Below are positions 9,102-17,330 of a stretch of 57,138 nt of DNA, in pieces. The translations under genes were made by a program, and so were the position numbers. The notes beneath the pieces were generated by a model. That model was not told the DNA's origin. It ran no database searches and saw nothing but the letters and a program-made list of their open reading frames with translations. The stretch comes from Candidatus Thorarchaeota archaeon (GTDB taxonomy: Archaea > Asgardarchaeota > Thorarchaeia > Thorarchaeales > Thorarchaeaceae), in the NCBI GenBank assembly GCA_020348985.1, contig CP070761.1, forward strand, positions 1,651,227 through 1,708,364. The letters run 5' to 3'. The first letter of the stretch is position 1, and each line of letters begins with the position of its first letter.

Positions 9102-9159
9102 TTGTTGGCGCTCCGAAACGAAGTGAGCCTATATCTGCCTACAATTCCTATCTATTCTT

Positions 9160-9390
9160 TAACAAGGTATCCGTAGCGGAAGTTACGAATAAAAGAAGAT
9201 GAGAGTCAATCTAGCCTTCCATCAATTACCTCCTGTGATTTCTCTCTCATAGAAGTAGAAGCAGATTGATCTCTCTTCAGAGAGAGAGGTTCGGGTCTTC
9301 GACGGGGCAGGCGGTGCATTCGAAGAAGTTGTCCATCGCCACATTCAGACTTGCCACACTCATGCTGCCGAGCACCCTTTCATTTTGCAT
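9160..9390 (+). repeat. 16S trailer repeat copy 3, including a degenerate duplicate of the 16S 3' end
   Basis: 9160-9182 TAACAAGGTATCCGTAGCGGAAG is identical to 64-86. Then ATTACCTCCTGTGATT (~9225, cf. ATCACCTCCTTTGATT), TAGAAGTAGAAGC and GAGCACCCTTTTCATTTT (~9370), with insertions between them. Confidence 0.85.
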
Positions 9391-9549
9391 ATGTTGTCCT
9401 GTGACTAGGCAGCATCCTCATTCTCTCCTCAAGGTCATCTTGAATCGAGATTCTGCCGTTCTGGTTGTCGAATGACTCCAAAGGCTCGACATCAAGATCC
9501 GGTAAACGACTTTCAAGAAACACGGCGCGCCTCCGCAGCAACACTGATA

Positions 9550-9567
9550 TATCGAAATAAACCGATA
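9550..9567. promoter_or_regulatory. Putative ArsR operator upstream of the hdrA-like/gcvH-like operon
   Basis: TATCGA-aataaa-CCGATA followed by AATCGAA, the same downstream flank as the acr3 site. Confidence 0.7.
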
Positions 9568-9595
9568 AATCGAACATTGAAACGAGCTGATTGCG

Positions 9596-9970
9596 ATGAG
9601 TTCCGAAAGACCCGCGTTCATCATGTGTGTGTGTACGGGCAAGTGCCCGGGTTTTGGGAAGATGGATATTTGGGACTTCATCAATACAGTTCGAATGGCC
9701 CTTCCGGTTCAATATGGGATTATCCATCCCCAATTATGTGAGGAGGATGGTGATCGGTACCTGGAAGATGTTTTGAAACCCAATCAGAAGTTCTTCATTG
9801 GAGGTTGCGCTCCAACAATGCAGTACAAGCTCTTCCGGGATGCGTTCCAGAAAAGGAACCTGGACGTGAAAGGCGATCTTGTACCGATTGATGTGCGCGA
9901 CATGACTACCGAAGAGGCCATTGGTCGAGTGTCTGAGGAGCTGAAGAAACATGGATATCACCTCGAGTAA
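9596..9970 (+). CDS. Stand-alone protein resembling the HdrA N-terminal domain
   Basis: IMCVCTG...LCEEDG...GGCAP...LFR mirrors the HdrA pattern VYVCHCG...MCSDPG...AACSP...TFR. Confidence 0.7.
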   Translation: MSSERPAFIMCVCTGKCPGFGKMDIWDFINTVRMALPVQYGIIHPQLCEEDGDRYLEDVLKPNQKFFIGGCAPTMQYKLFRDAFQKRNLDVKGDLVPIDVRDMTTEEAIGRVSEELKKHGYHLE

Positions 9971-10259
9971 TCCGAGTCCAGATTTGACCTTCATGGGCGT
10001 TGATCGGGAGAAGATTCCTTGGTGGCCAACCATTGACCTGCAAGATTGTGATGGGTGCAGTGGTGACTACGACTGTCTGAAGTTCTGCCCGCACGGCGTC
10101 TACAAGCCCCTTGAGAATTCCTCGAGAATTGCCGTTGAGAATCCCTACAACTGTGTGGTCTTTTGCCAAGCGTGTAAGAAGATGTGCCCGAAGAATGCTA
10201 TCTCCTTTCCCTCAAAACGAGCCATTCTCGATTTGATCAAGAATGAGCGTGCAAAATAG
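9951..10259 (+). CDS. 2x[4Fe-4S] ferredoxin-family protein
   Basis: WWPTID, CDGC...CLKFCP and CVVFCQACKKMCP. Confidence 0.9.
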   Translation: MDITSSNPSPDLTFMGVDREKIPWWPTIDLQDCDGCSGDYDCLKFCPHGVYKPLENSSRIAVENPYNCVVFCQACKKMCPKNAISFPSKRAILDLIKNERAK

Positions 10260-10270
10260 GGTGGTGTTGG

Positions 10271-11107
10271 GTGGAACGAAAATACATCCTTCCATGCGCA
10301 GGATATGACCGTCCCGGCGGTCAGGTTTCAAGAGCCGCCGCAGAAAGACTTGCCATCATTCGTGACGATGTGATTATCGGAAGCATGGGGGCACTCTTCA
10401 AGGAACGTCCTGGTGAGATGCGTGACTATAGGACCTCCGATGTATTCTGTCTTGATGGTTGCGGAGAGAACTGCGCCTCTGAACTTGCACGTGCTAGAGG
10501 TAGGAATGACAGCACCAGCATTGTCATCCATGAGGTTGTGGGCTCAATTGAGAACTTCGAAGGAAAAGTAGACCGCTTGATGCAGTCTTTGACCCAAGAA
10601 ATTGACAAGACAAGGCCTAGGGTTTCGTCCAAGATCACTTCGGAACCTCCACATGAGATTGAGCTCATTGAGGAGAAGTTCGACAAGTTTACACTCAAGG
10701 TGGCCAAGGGTTTGAAATACTCTGACAATGACTTCTGGGTCAGCACTGAAGGAGAACAGGTTCGTGTAGGAGTCTCAGACTTCCTTCAACAGATGATGTC
10801 CGATGTGTACTTCGTGGAACTCGCTGAGATTGGCACACATGTAGACATGTTTGACGACGCAGGTCTGATGGAATCGACAAAGATTCTCGTCGAGATTATA
10901 GTCCCTGTGTCGGGGTCTATAGTAGAAGCCAATATCTCCCTTGAGGACAGCCCTGAGTTCATCAATGAGAGTCCATATGATAAAGGCTGGCTCTATGTCC
11001 TTAAGCCGGATGACATCAATGAACTGGAACTACTCCGAGATGCTCACGACTACATGACTTATGCCTTGGCGAAAGCAAAGGAGGAGATTGGAAAAAGGGT
11101 GGAGTAG
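10271..11107 (+). CDS. gcvH: DGC domain fused to a glycine-cleavage-H-like lipoyl carrier domain
   Basis: N-terminal ILPCAG...LDGCGENCA. C-terminal LKYSDNDFWV...VGVSDF...MESTK (lipoyl Lys retained)...PVSG...INESPYDKGWL. Confidence 0.85.
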   Translation: MERKYILPCAGYDRPGGQVSRAAAERLAIIRDDVIIGSMGALFKERPGEMRDYRTSDVFCLDGCGENCASELARARGRNDSTSIVIHEVVGSIENFEGKVDRLMQSLTQEIDKTRPRVSSKITSEPPHEIELIEEKFDKFTLKVAKGLKYSDNDFWVSTEGEQVRVGVSDFLQQMMSDVYFVELAEIGTHVDMFDDAGLMESTKILVEIIVPVSGSIVEANISLEDSPEFINESPYDKGWLYVLKPDDINELELLRDAHDYMTYALAKAKEEIGKRVE

Positions 11108-11110
11108 AGA

Positions 11111-11494
11111 ATGAAGAAAGTAGTAATTCCATGCAGTGGAATAGGAAAAGCATTTGGTGCTGTTGCACGTGAAGCAACGTATCTTTTGACCGACTCTGAT
11201 CATTCTAATGAATATGTGACAATATGCCTTCCATTGTTGATGACCGACGATGTAGAGTCCAAACAGAGGGTTACGGAATCCAATGTCTATACAGTTGATG
11301 GATGTCCAAAGCGCTGCGCATCAATCCTTGTTAGACATGCAGGGGGAAAACCAGTCATGGAGATAATGACGCCGAAGGTTCTTGCCGCTAACAAGGAACA
11401 CAAGCCCGAGACGGTTCTGAACATTGGCGATGGTGGTCAGCTGCTGGCAACAGACATAGTGAATCTAATTCTTAATCATGGAGATGACAAGTGA
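11111..11494 (+). CDS. DGC-domain putative zinc-binding protein
   Basis: VIPCSG...TICLP...VDGCPKRCA. Confidence 0.85.
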   Translation: MKKVVIPCSGIGKAFGAVAREATYLLTDSDHSNEYVTICLPLLMTDDVESKQRVTESNVYTVDGCPKRCASILVRHAGGKPVMEIMTPKVLAANKEHKPETVLNIGDGGQLLATDIVNLILNHGDDK

Positions 11495-11898
11495 TGGCCT
11501 TCAAACCCAAGGTGGGTCTTATCTCTTGTAGTGGTGAGGCATGTTCCGGAGGGAATATCTCTCGTGCCGCGACACTTGAGGTCCTACACTATCTGAGACC
11601 AACTGAAACGGTGACTATTTGTCTTCCTCTTTTCCTGGCTGGAGATGAAGGAGAACGGGAGTTTGCGAGAAGCTTCCCTACAATCACAATTGATGGGTGC
11701 AGCAAACTCTGTGCGGCTAGGGGTACGGAAAGGTATAGCAGCACACCAGCCATGAAGATGAATCTAGAAGAATATCTGGGAGAATCCTGCACTAGCACTG
11801 ATGAGAGATGGAGACTAGAACGAAGTAGCGAGCTTGTCGATAGAATTGCTCAAGACATCGCATCTCATGTTAATCGTCTAAGAGAAGAATGGGGGTGA
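11491..11898 (+). CDS. DGC-domain putative zinc-binding protein
   Basis: LISCSGEAC...TICLP...IDGCSKLCA. Confidence 0.85.
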   Translation: MMAFKPKVGLISCSGEACSGGNISRAATLEVLHYLRPTETVTICLPLFLAGDEGEREFARSFPTITIDGCSKLCAARGTERYSSTPAMKMNLEEYLGESCTSTDERWRLERSSELVDRIAQDIASHVNRLREEWG

Positions 11899-12182
11899 AT
11901 CAAATATCCGATAAGATTCCAGTAATGGTGTTCCTTGCAGTGGGAGTTTGCAGTTGCAGCCAGACTGGATTCCTAGGGCGCGTTTATGAAGCCATCAGGA
12001 AATACAGAGATGTTGTTGACTATAGGGAATACTCCGCTGGAAGTGATATCGCAAAGAGATATGGGATTAGCTATCGTGGGGTCGTGGTTGGCAGCAAATC
12101 AGTAGGTAGCAATCCCACCACAGCAAGGATTGAAGAGGCCATTCTCAAGGAAATCGAAAAGCAAGACTTAGATTCAATGTGA
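11889..12182 (+). CDS. Small thioredoxin-fold-like protein with CxC motif
   Basis: GVCSCSQTGFL; paralogue of 3850-4128; overlaps the upstream stop. Confidence 0.75.
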   Translation: MGVNQISDKIPVMVFLAVGVCSCSQTGFLGRVYEAIRKYRDVVDYREYSAGSDIAKRYGISYRGVVVGSKSVGSNPTTARIEEAILKEIEKQDLDSM

Positions 12183-12316
12183 TGAATCTACGTGATCTAT
12201 TATACCGTGAGACACACTCCGTCTACTACTATGGAAGTGAATTCCCTTCCAACCTAACTGAATCTGCCAAGGCCCGATACTTCAACAACCACATTCTGAC
12301 GAATGTCAGTCTGCAT

Positions 12317-12362
12317 TACGGGTAATTACCCACCCGTCACTTTTGAGCACCTGTTCATTCTT
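12317..12362 (+). repeat. 16S trailer repeat copy 4 (3' half)
   Basis: TACGGGTAATTACCCACCCGTCACTTTTGAGCACCTGTTCATTCTT aligns without gaps to 159-204. Confidence 0.85.
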
Positions 12363-12512
12363 CCGTCTGCTATTTGCGACTCCGGACTATTCTCATCGAT
12401 AAACAGAATTAAACTCACACACATTGATCTTGGTCAATCGCGAAGGACCAAGATTGCTTCAAACCCTCTTGAGAGCTTGATATCAAGTACATAAATGGCG
12501 AAATCTCTGCAG

Positions 12513-12547
12513 GTGCGTCTGACTAGGACGCACAAAACGAAAAAGAA
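12513..12547 (-). terminator. Possible terminator of the ferredoxin-domain gene
   Basis: On the minus strand a T-rich tract follows the stop, then a GTGCGTC-N7-GACGCAC hairpin. Confidence 0.35.
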
Positions 12548-12549
12548 TG

Positions 12550-13269
12550 CTACGCTGTAACTACTCCCTTGACATTTTCCTTCAGTCTTGTTCCATCCCG
12601 ATCGATTCTTGAGATTATGCCCTTTAGAGTGTGCAGCAGACCCGCAAGATCTTCATCCAGTTTCCTATGAGTAAGAATCTTCTCGACATTCAAGAGAGCG
12701 AGCTGCGCTTCATAGATTGTATCATAAACCGTACTGGGATACTTGAGGATGTATTCCTCTGACAGAACATGCTGGATTAGATCCAACAACTCGCCTGTTC
12801 CATAAACCTTCATGTCAATGGCCATTTTGGGACACGCGGAAACGCAGACACCACAGCCATGACATCTCTCTTGACGAACAAACAGTGTTCTGTCCTCTAT
12901 GATCGGAGCTTTCCACGGGCACATTTCGGTGCATAGGCCACAAAGAATACAACCTCTAGCACCATCCATTCTTACTTCAATGGTTGATAGCAATGCAATC
13001 TCTTCAGCATCCAGAGTTTCCTTCGAATCCCCAAAAACAATTGGATCCGGCACCTTTGACTTAAGCTCATCTGGATCGTGAAGGATTGCAGTAGTGCTTC
13101 CTCTCTTTCTGAGCTCTCTCTCAATCCGAGAGATGTAGATTGTGCAAGCCTGGATCGTATTCTTCAATGAAACAAGCATGTGCTTGAGATCAACGTCTGG
13201 ATGTTCAGGGAGCTTTCTAGGAAGAAGGACCCTGAATTCATGTGTCCGCCATTTCAGAGTTTTACCCAT
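12550..13269 (-). CDS. 4Fe-4S dicluster domain protein with helical flanks
   Basis: CILCGLCTEMCP and CHGCGVCVSACP. Confidence 0.85.
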   Translation of the reverse strand: MGKTLKWRTHEFRVLLPRKLPEHPDVDLKHMLVSLKNTIQACTIYISRIERELRKRGSTTAILHDPDELKSKVPDPIVFGDSKETLDAEEIALLSTIEVRMDGARGCILCGLCTEMCPWKAPIIEDRTLFVRQERCHGCGVCVSACPKMAIDMKVYGTGELLDLIQHVLSEEYILKYPSTVYDTIYEAQLALLNVEKILTHRKLDEDLAGLLHTLKGIISRIDRDGTRLKENVKGVVTA

Positions 13270-13278
13270 TATACCACC

Positions 13279-13710
13279 TCACCTATACCTTTGATCAACG
13301 CGAAGCCCCACTGAAAGTGTGACTTCCGGTGTGATCAACCCATTGTTAAGGAGGAATCTATCAACTTCATTCTGAAAGATCTGCTGAAGCGACTCCTCCT
13401 GCTTTCCCTCGGGCACGATGACCCGAGTCTGCACTTTGAGCGAGGTCAGATTCTTTTGCTCGGCCATCTTGCTTTTCGCATACTCGCCCATTGCATTCGA
13501 TTGGAGTTCTATCACTCCCACTCCAATGTCTTTCGTAGCCATCTCTAGAAGAAGATTAATGCAGGCCTCGCCAGCCGCCAAACACAAGTACTCTGAGTAG
13601 TCTGGATCGAAACATTCAGGCGCAACCGTCGAATAACGTAGAACGGGGGATTCCGAGTCTGTTGTTCTGACCTCGTGTTCACCAAGTTCATCTATTCTTT
13701 TCAACTTCAT
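13279..13710 (-). CDS. OsmC-like protein (divergent)
   Basis: EYLCLAAGEAC resembles the OsmC/Ohr PxELLLAALxxC motif; size and layout fit; resolving Cys not evident. Confidence 0.55.
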   Translation of the reverse strand: MKLKRIDELGEHEVRTTDSESPVLRYSTVAPECFDPDYSEYLCLAAGEACINLLLEMATKDIGVGVIELQSNAMGEYAKSKMAEQKNLTSLKVQTRVIVPEGKQEESLQQIFQNEVDRFLLNNGLITPEVTLSVGLRVDQRYR

Positions 13711-13796
13711 ACGAAGTATGTCTTCCGTGTATATTCACCTCCATGACCAGAACCACCTCTTTTGACACAGACATCAATCGTCTCATTGATTGAGGT

Positions 13797-13940
13797 CTAC
13801 GTGTGGTTTAGGCAACAGAGGGTGAATTCATTCAGACCTTTGTTTCTGGCTCCTTCAATTACTCTTTGGAGAACCCTTGATGACATCTGTGCATCAAAGG
13901 ACTGGTTCTCATGTACATATTTCGATTGAAGTCTAATATA
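13797..13940 (-). pseudogene. Possible decayed GNAT acetyltransferase fragment
   Basis: Translates YIRLQSKYVHENQSFDAQMSSRVLQRVIEGARNKGLNEFTLCC, resembling the GNAT motif A/B region. Confidence 0.3.
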
Positions 13941-14210
13941 TTTGATGAGTTATGAATCAAAAGAACACCAGAGAATAATGCACGATAAGCGACTCCTTCG
14001 TCATGAAGCTGTCCGTTTTGTGCCATAGGAACTCCGTTCTTGAAGAAGCCATATTTTCAACTAAAAAGCAACTCTTCGATTGCTGCCTATTTCAACAGAA
14101 TCCTTTCAGATGTGAGACTGGGGCAATTTCGGTCAGTTTCGCCTCGTCGTCGAGAGTGAAGACATCTATTATGGTTTCTGAAGCGTTTGCAGTCTCGAAC
14201 ATCACAAAGT

Positions 14211-14303
14211 CCCATCTTTGGGATGAGTAGAAGTGGAGGCTTACGGTGGTATAACTACGGGTAATTACCCAACTGTCACTGTAGAGCACCCTTTCATTCT
14301 ACA
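14211..14303 (+). repeat. 16S trailer repeat copy 5
   Basis: Gapless match to 114-197 with about 11 mismatches; GGGTAATTACCC intact. Confidence 0.95.
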
Positions 14304-14366
14304 TCAGTCAAGTTTGAGCTTTCGTTGAACTGCATGCTTATTACTAATCTCTCGCTCGGTTTTGTC

Positions 14367-14936
14367 ATGAGCAGAGTTCTAATTCTGAACGGGAGCGCTA
14401 GAGCAAAGGGCAATACCCGTTTTCTAATCAATCAGTTGAACAGGGTTCTAGAAGAGAAAGGATTGGAATCAAGTATTCTTCAACTTCACGAACTCAATGT
14501 CAAGCACTGTCGAGGATGCTTCTGGTGTTACAAGGGTTTTCCACTCCGATGCGTTCAAGATGACGATGATATGAATGGGATCTACCCTACTATAATCGAA
14601 GCTGATGTAATCGTTTTTGCATCACCCATTTACTGGTTCAATTATTCTGGTCAACTGAAATTATTCATAGATCGATTGGTGGCATTGCATGTCAAAGGCG
14701 GTCACAAGCTAGATGGAAAACGATTTGCTGCCATCTTTGTATATGGAGACACTAATGTTGAAGAATCCGGTGTTCAACATGCTATAGCGTCCATCAAACA
14801 TCTAATACGTTACATGAAAGGGGAGACCATAGGGATTGTTCATGGAACTGCAAACGATATTGGGGATGCCGAAAAGAATACCACATTAGTTGCTGAGGTT
14901 CGTGAATTAGCTAACAGGATTTGTGATGCATCTTAG
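14367..14936 (+). CDS. Flavodoxin-family / iron-sulfur flavoprotein (NADPH-dependent FMN reductase fold)
   Basis: LNGSARAKGNT, CRGCFWC...C..DDDM, ASPIYW and KLFIDRL. Confidence 0.9.
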   Translation: MSRVLILNGSARAKGNTRFLINQLNRVLEEKGLESSILQLHELNVKHCRGCFWCYKGFPLRCVQDDDDMNGIYPTIIEADVIVFASPIYWFNYSGQLKLFIDRLVALHVKGGHKLDGKRFAAIFVYGDTNVEESGVQHAIASIKHLIRYMKGETIGIVHGTANDIGDAEKNTTLVAEVRELANRICDAS

Positions 14937-15017
14937 ACAGTCAAACAATCCTCCAATAATGATGGTCAAGTGGATTTCTTCAAGACCTCATGGCGTGAAC
15001 CATGATATCTCACAGAT

Positions 15018-15395
15018 TCATCCTGCCATTTGAGACCTATCCAGGTAATATCCAACCAAGAACGCAGCAGTGAAAATCAAGGCAAATGGAATCCAGGTTC
15101 CAATGGGACTGTAGAACATCTCATAGCTTTGGAGTATGATTGTGGCAGTCAAGAAGAAGTCCAACAATATGACTGTTGCAACTATCACCAATGCAGTCAC
15201 GATTGGACTAGTGTGGTTGAACTTCTTGTAGTAGATAAATGAGAATGTTGCAGAAACGAACGGCGCGGCAGCAGCATGAACCACCAAGGCCGTGCTCTCA
15301 TCTAGAGTAGCCATAGAAGCACCCATCACTGCAAAACATACGAAGTAGATTACGATTGCATGAACAAGCAGAATCATCGATTCTTTCGGATCCAT
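15018..15395 (-). CDS. Hypothetical membrane protein (about 4 TM)
   Basis: Hydrophobic 125-aa ORF with a GTWIPF motif and SD-like GGAG upstream. Confidence 0.8.
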   Translation of the reverse strand: MDPKESMILLVHAIVIYFVCFAVMGASMATLDESTALVVHAAAAPFVSATFSFIYYKKFNHTSPIVTALVIVATVILLDFFLTATIILQSYEMFYSPIGTWIPFALIFTAAFLVGYYLDRSQMAG

Positions 15396-15582
15396 TTCTT
15401 CTCGCTCCAGGTGAACAGTGTTTAGGCCTAAGTTTCAAAACGTAACTAAATCTGTTTTGGTACTCTTTGAACTGCACACGAAGCTGACCCCGTCTGATAT
15501 GCATCCATCTCTCATCCATAAACAGATTCAAATCCAAACTATTCTCAAAACAGACGCCTGCTTCAGTACGTTGGGGAGATGT

Positions 15583-16416
15583 GTGTTGAGATTTGGCATT
15601 CAAGAGAAGCTGTTAGGACTAATGATTGCCATTATTGCAGCCTTCGTGGTTTGGCTAGCCACCGCAGATGCTCTGTCCTCCATTTTGGTTGCACTTGTAA
15701 CAGAGCTGGTCGCGTTGACTTTGGAAACGCAGGCTGAGTTGTCACATACCACAGAAGTAATCTCCGACACGTTGTCAATCTCAGAAGTCAGTGCCACGTA
15801 CGGGCCTCTGAGAGAGGTTGTGACCGAATACGACGAGATCATGAGACAAGGAAGTCCACTTCACACGCAAGAAGCACAACGAGGACTGTCAAAGTTCGGA
15901 GAGATGATCAAGGACCTCAAGAGAGGTCGGATTAGCATCCCACGTGAGGAAGCCTACGTGAGAGCAGGACAGATATTCGACACCATTGAGAAGGGCGCAG
16001 TCATAACGGATGTCGTCATGGACCCGGACAAATGGTCAAGTGGTGATTATCCGTTCTGGCATGGGACAAACATCAAAGCGGCCCAGAGCGGACTGGAAAT
16101 GACTAGAATCTTCATTATCAAGGATATGAGTTACCTGGGAGAGGAATTCTCACTTTTCAACACAATGAGGCAACAGGGCGAGGCTGGAATATCAGTACGC
16201 TATGTGACCATTGATGAGCTTGAGCCTGAACTCATCCGAGACGGAGGGATTCTTGATGACAGAATTGTCATAACAACCCTGTTCACGCCTGCTGGGGAGT
16301 TTGGGCTTTTCAAACTTGAGACGGCAAGTTCTGTTGTGGATGACAGTCGCAGGTACTTCGAACGAATTCTGGCACGTTCACATCCATTCGAGAATCTTGG
16401 TGGTTCTGATATTTAG
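15583..16416 (+). CDS. Membrane-anchored protein with DUF6879-like C-terminal domain
   Basis: Two N-terminal TM segments; C-terminal TRIFII...QQGEAGISVRYV...DGGILDD pattern; start placed after GGGGAG. Confidence 0.65.
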   Translation: MLRFGIQEKLLGLMIAIIAAFVVWLATADALSSILVALVTELVALTLETQAELSHTTEVISDTLSISEVSATYGPLREVVTEYDEIMRQGSPLHTQEAQRGLSKFGEMIKDLKRGRISIPREEAYVRAGQIFDTIEKGAVITDVVMDPDKWSSGDYPFWHGTNIKAAQSGLEMTRIFIIKDMSYLGEEFSLFNTMRQQGEAGISVRYVTIDELEPELIRDGGILDDRIVITTLFTPAGEFGLFKLETASSVVDDSRRYFERILARSHPFENLGGSDI

Positions 16417-16502
16417 CAGTTCATCAGTCAGATACATTGAATGAAGACAATAGCGTCTTACTCCGCCCAGTGTCGGCGAAGCAAAGAAAGACCCTTGTCA
16501 GG

Positions 16503-17171
16503 TTACTTTTGGAGCAGTTTACTCAATCGCATCTTCTCCTCAGGAGCCAACAATCGGTAACCATCCAGTTTCTCAAGCGGAATATAAAACGTCGGGGCGA
16601 TACACTTTGGGTGATGCCATCTATAGGATAGGTGTTCTTCATAGAAATATGGCTCCCCTATTCTGAATCGTCCTTCTTCTATTGGTCTTCCACAAGATCG
16701 GCATTTAGATCGTCCTGATTTTGCAGTCTCAACCTTCCATACCGGCTCGGGTTCTTTCTTACTTCGCTTCAGTTTTTCTAGGAAGTCGATAGGCTTCTGA
16801 CCCACCATCTCGATTGTGAATCTAAGATTGAACGAATCATATTCACTAGGAGAGAATAGAATCACAATGTCACCATCCTTTAACGAGTCTTTGATAGTCA
16901 TGTCTGGCGGCCATCGTTTGGTCTGTTTCATGTATTCAAGCGCTTGCTCTGCTAGTATCATACTGGCTTCCTTCTTTGAAATATCCCTTACCCCAGTTTT
17001 TTCGGCAATCCCATAATCTGTTTCAATGTACTTTGCACCCTCTTCTGTAACACCTCTAGATTTTATCAATACCACAGACCCTACCAGTACTGATTTTTGC
17101 AGGCGCCTTAGTCTGAATGTTTTAGTATTTACCCAGTATGCCCAATCCACTTCATAATCCACTTCGGACAT
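16503..17171 (-). CDS. Protein with C-terminal PARP-type zinc finger (paralogue 1)
   Basis: VETAKSGRSKCRSC...RFRIG...RWHHPKC equals the zf-PARP C-x2-C...H-x2-C pattern. Confidence 0.85.
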   Translation of the reverse strand: MSEVDYEVDWAYWVNTKTFRLRRLQKSVLVGSVVLIKSRGVTEEGAKYIETDYGIAEKTGVRDISKKEASMILAEQALEYMKQTKRWPPDMTIKDSLKDGDIVILFSPSEYDSFNLRFTIEMVGQKPIDFLEKLKRSKKEPEPVWKVETAKSGRSKCRSCGRPIEEGRFRIGEPYFYEEHLSYRWHHPKCIAPTFYIPLEKLDGYRLLAPEEKMRLSKLLQK

Positions 17172-17330
17172 CCAATATCGACCTGCCCGATTTGCTGCCT
17201 TAGCCCCTGGCGGCTCTCCCATACGATTGGGAGTGTTCGTTTGTGGTGTGGCGAATAACCGATTTCATAACACAAGCTTGTGTCACGCCAAGAACAGCCG
17301 CATCAAGAAAGATGCCTATCGAGTTTAACA

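Noticed and set aside
10271-11107. Canonical glycine cleavage system
   Set aside because: No gcvT, gcvP or lpd nearby, and the H domain is fused to a DGC domain in an ars-type context.
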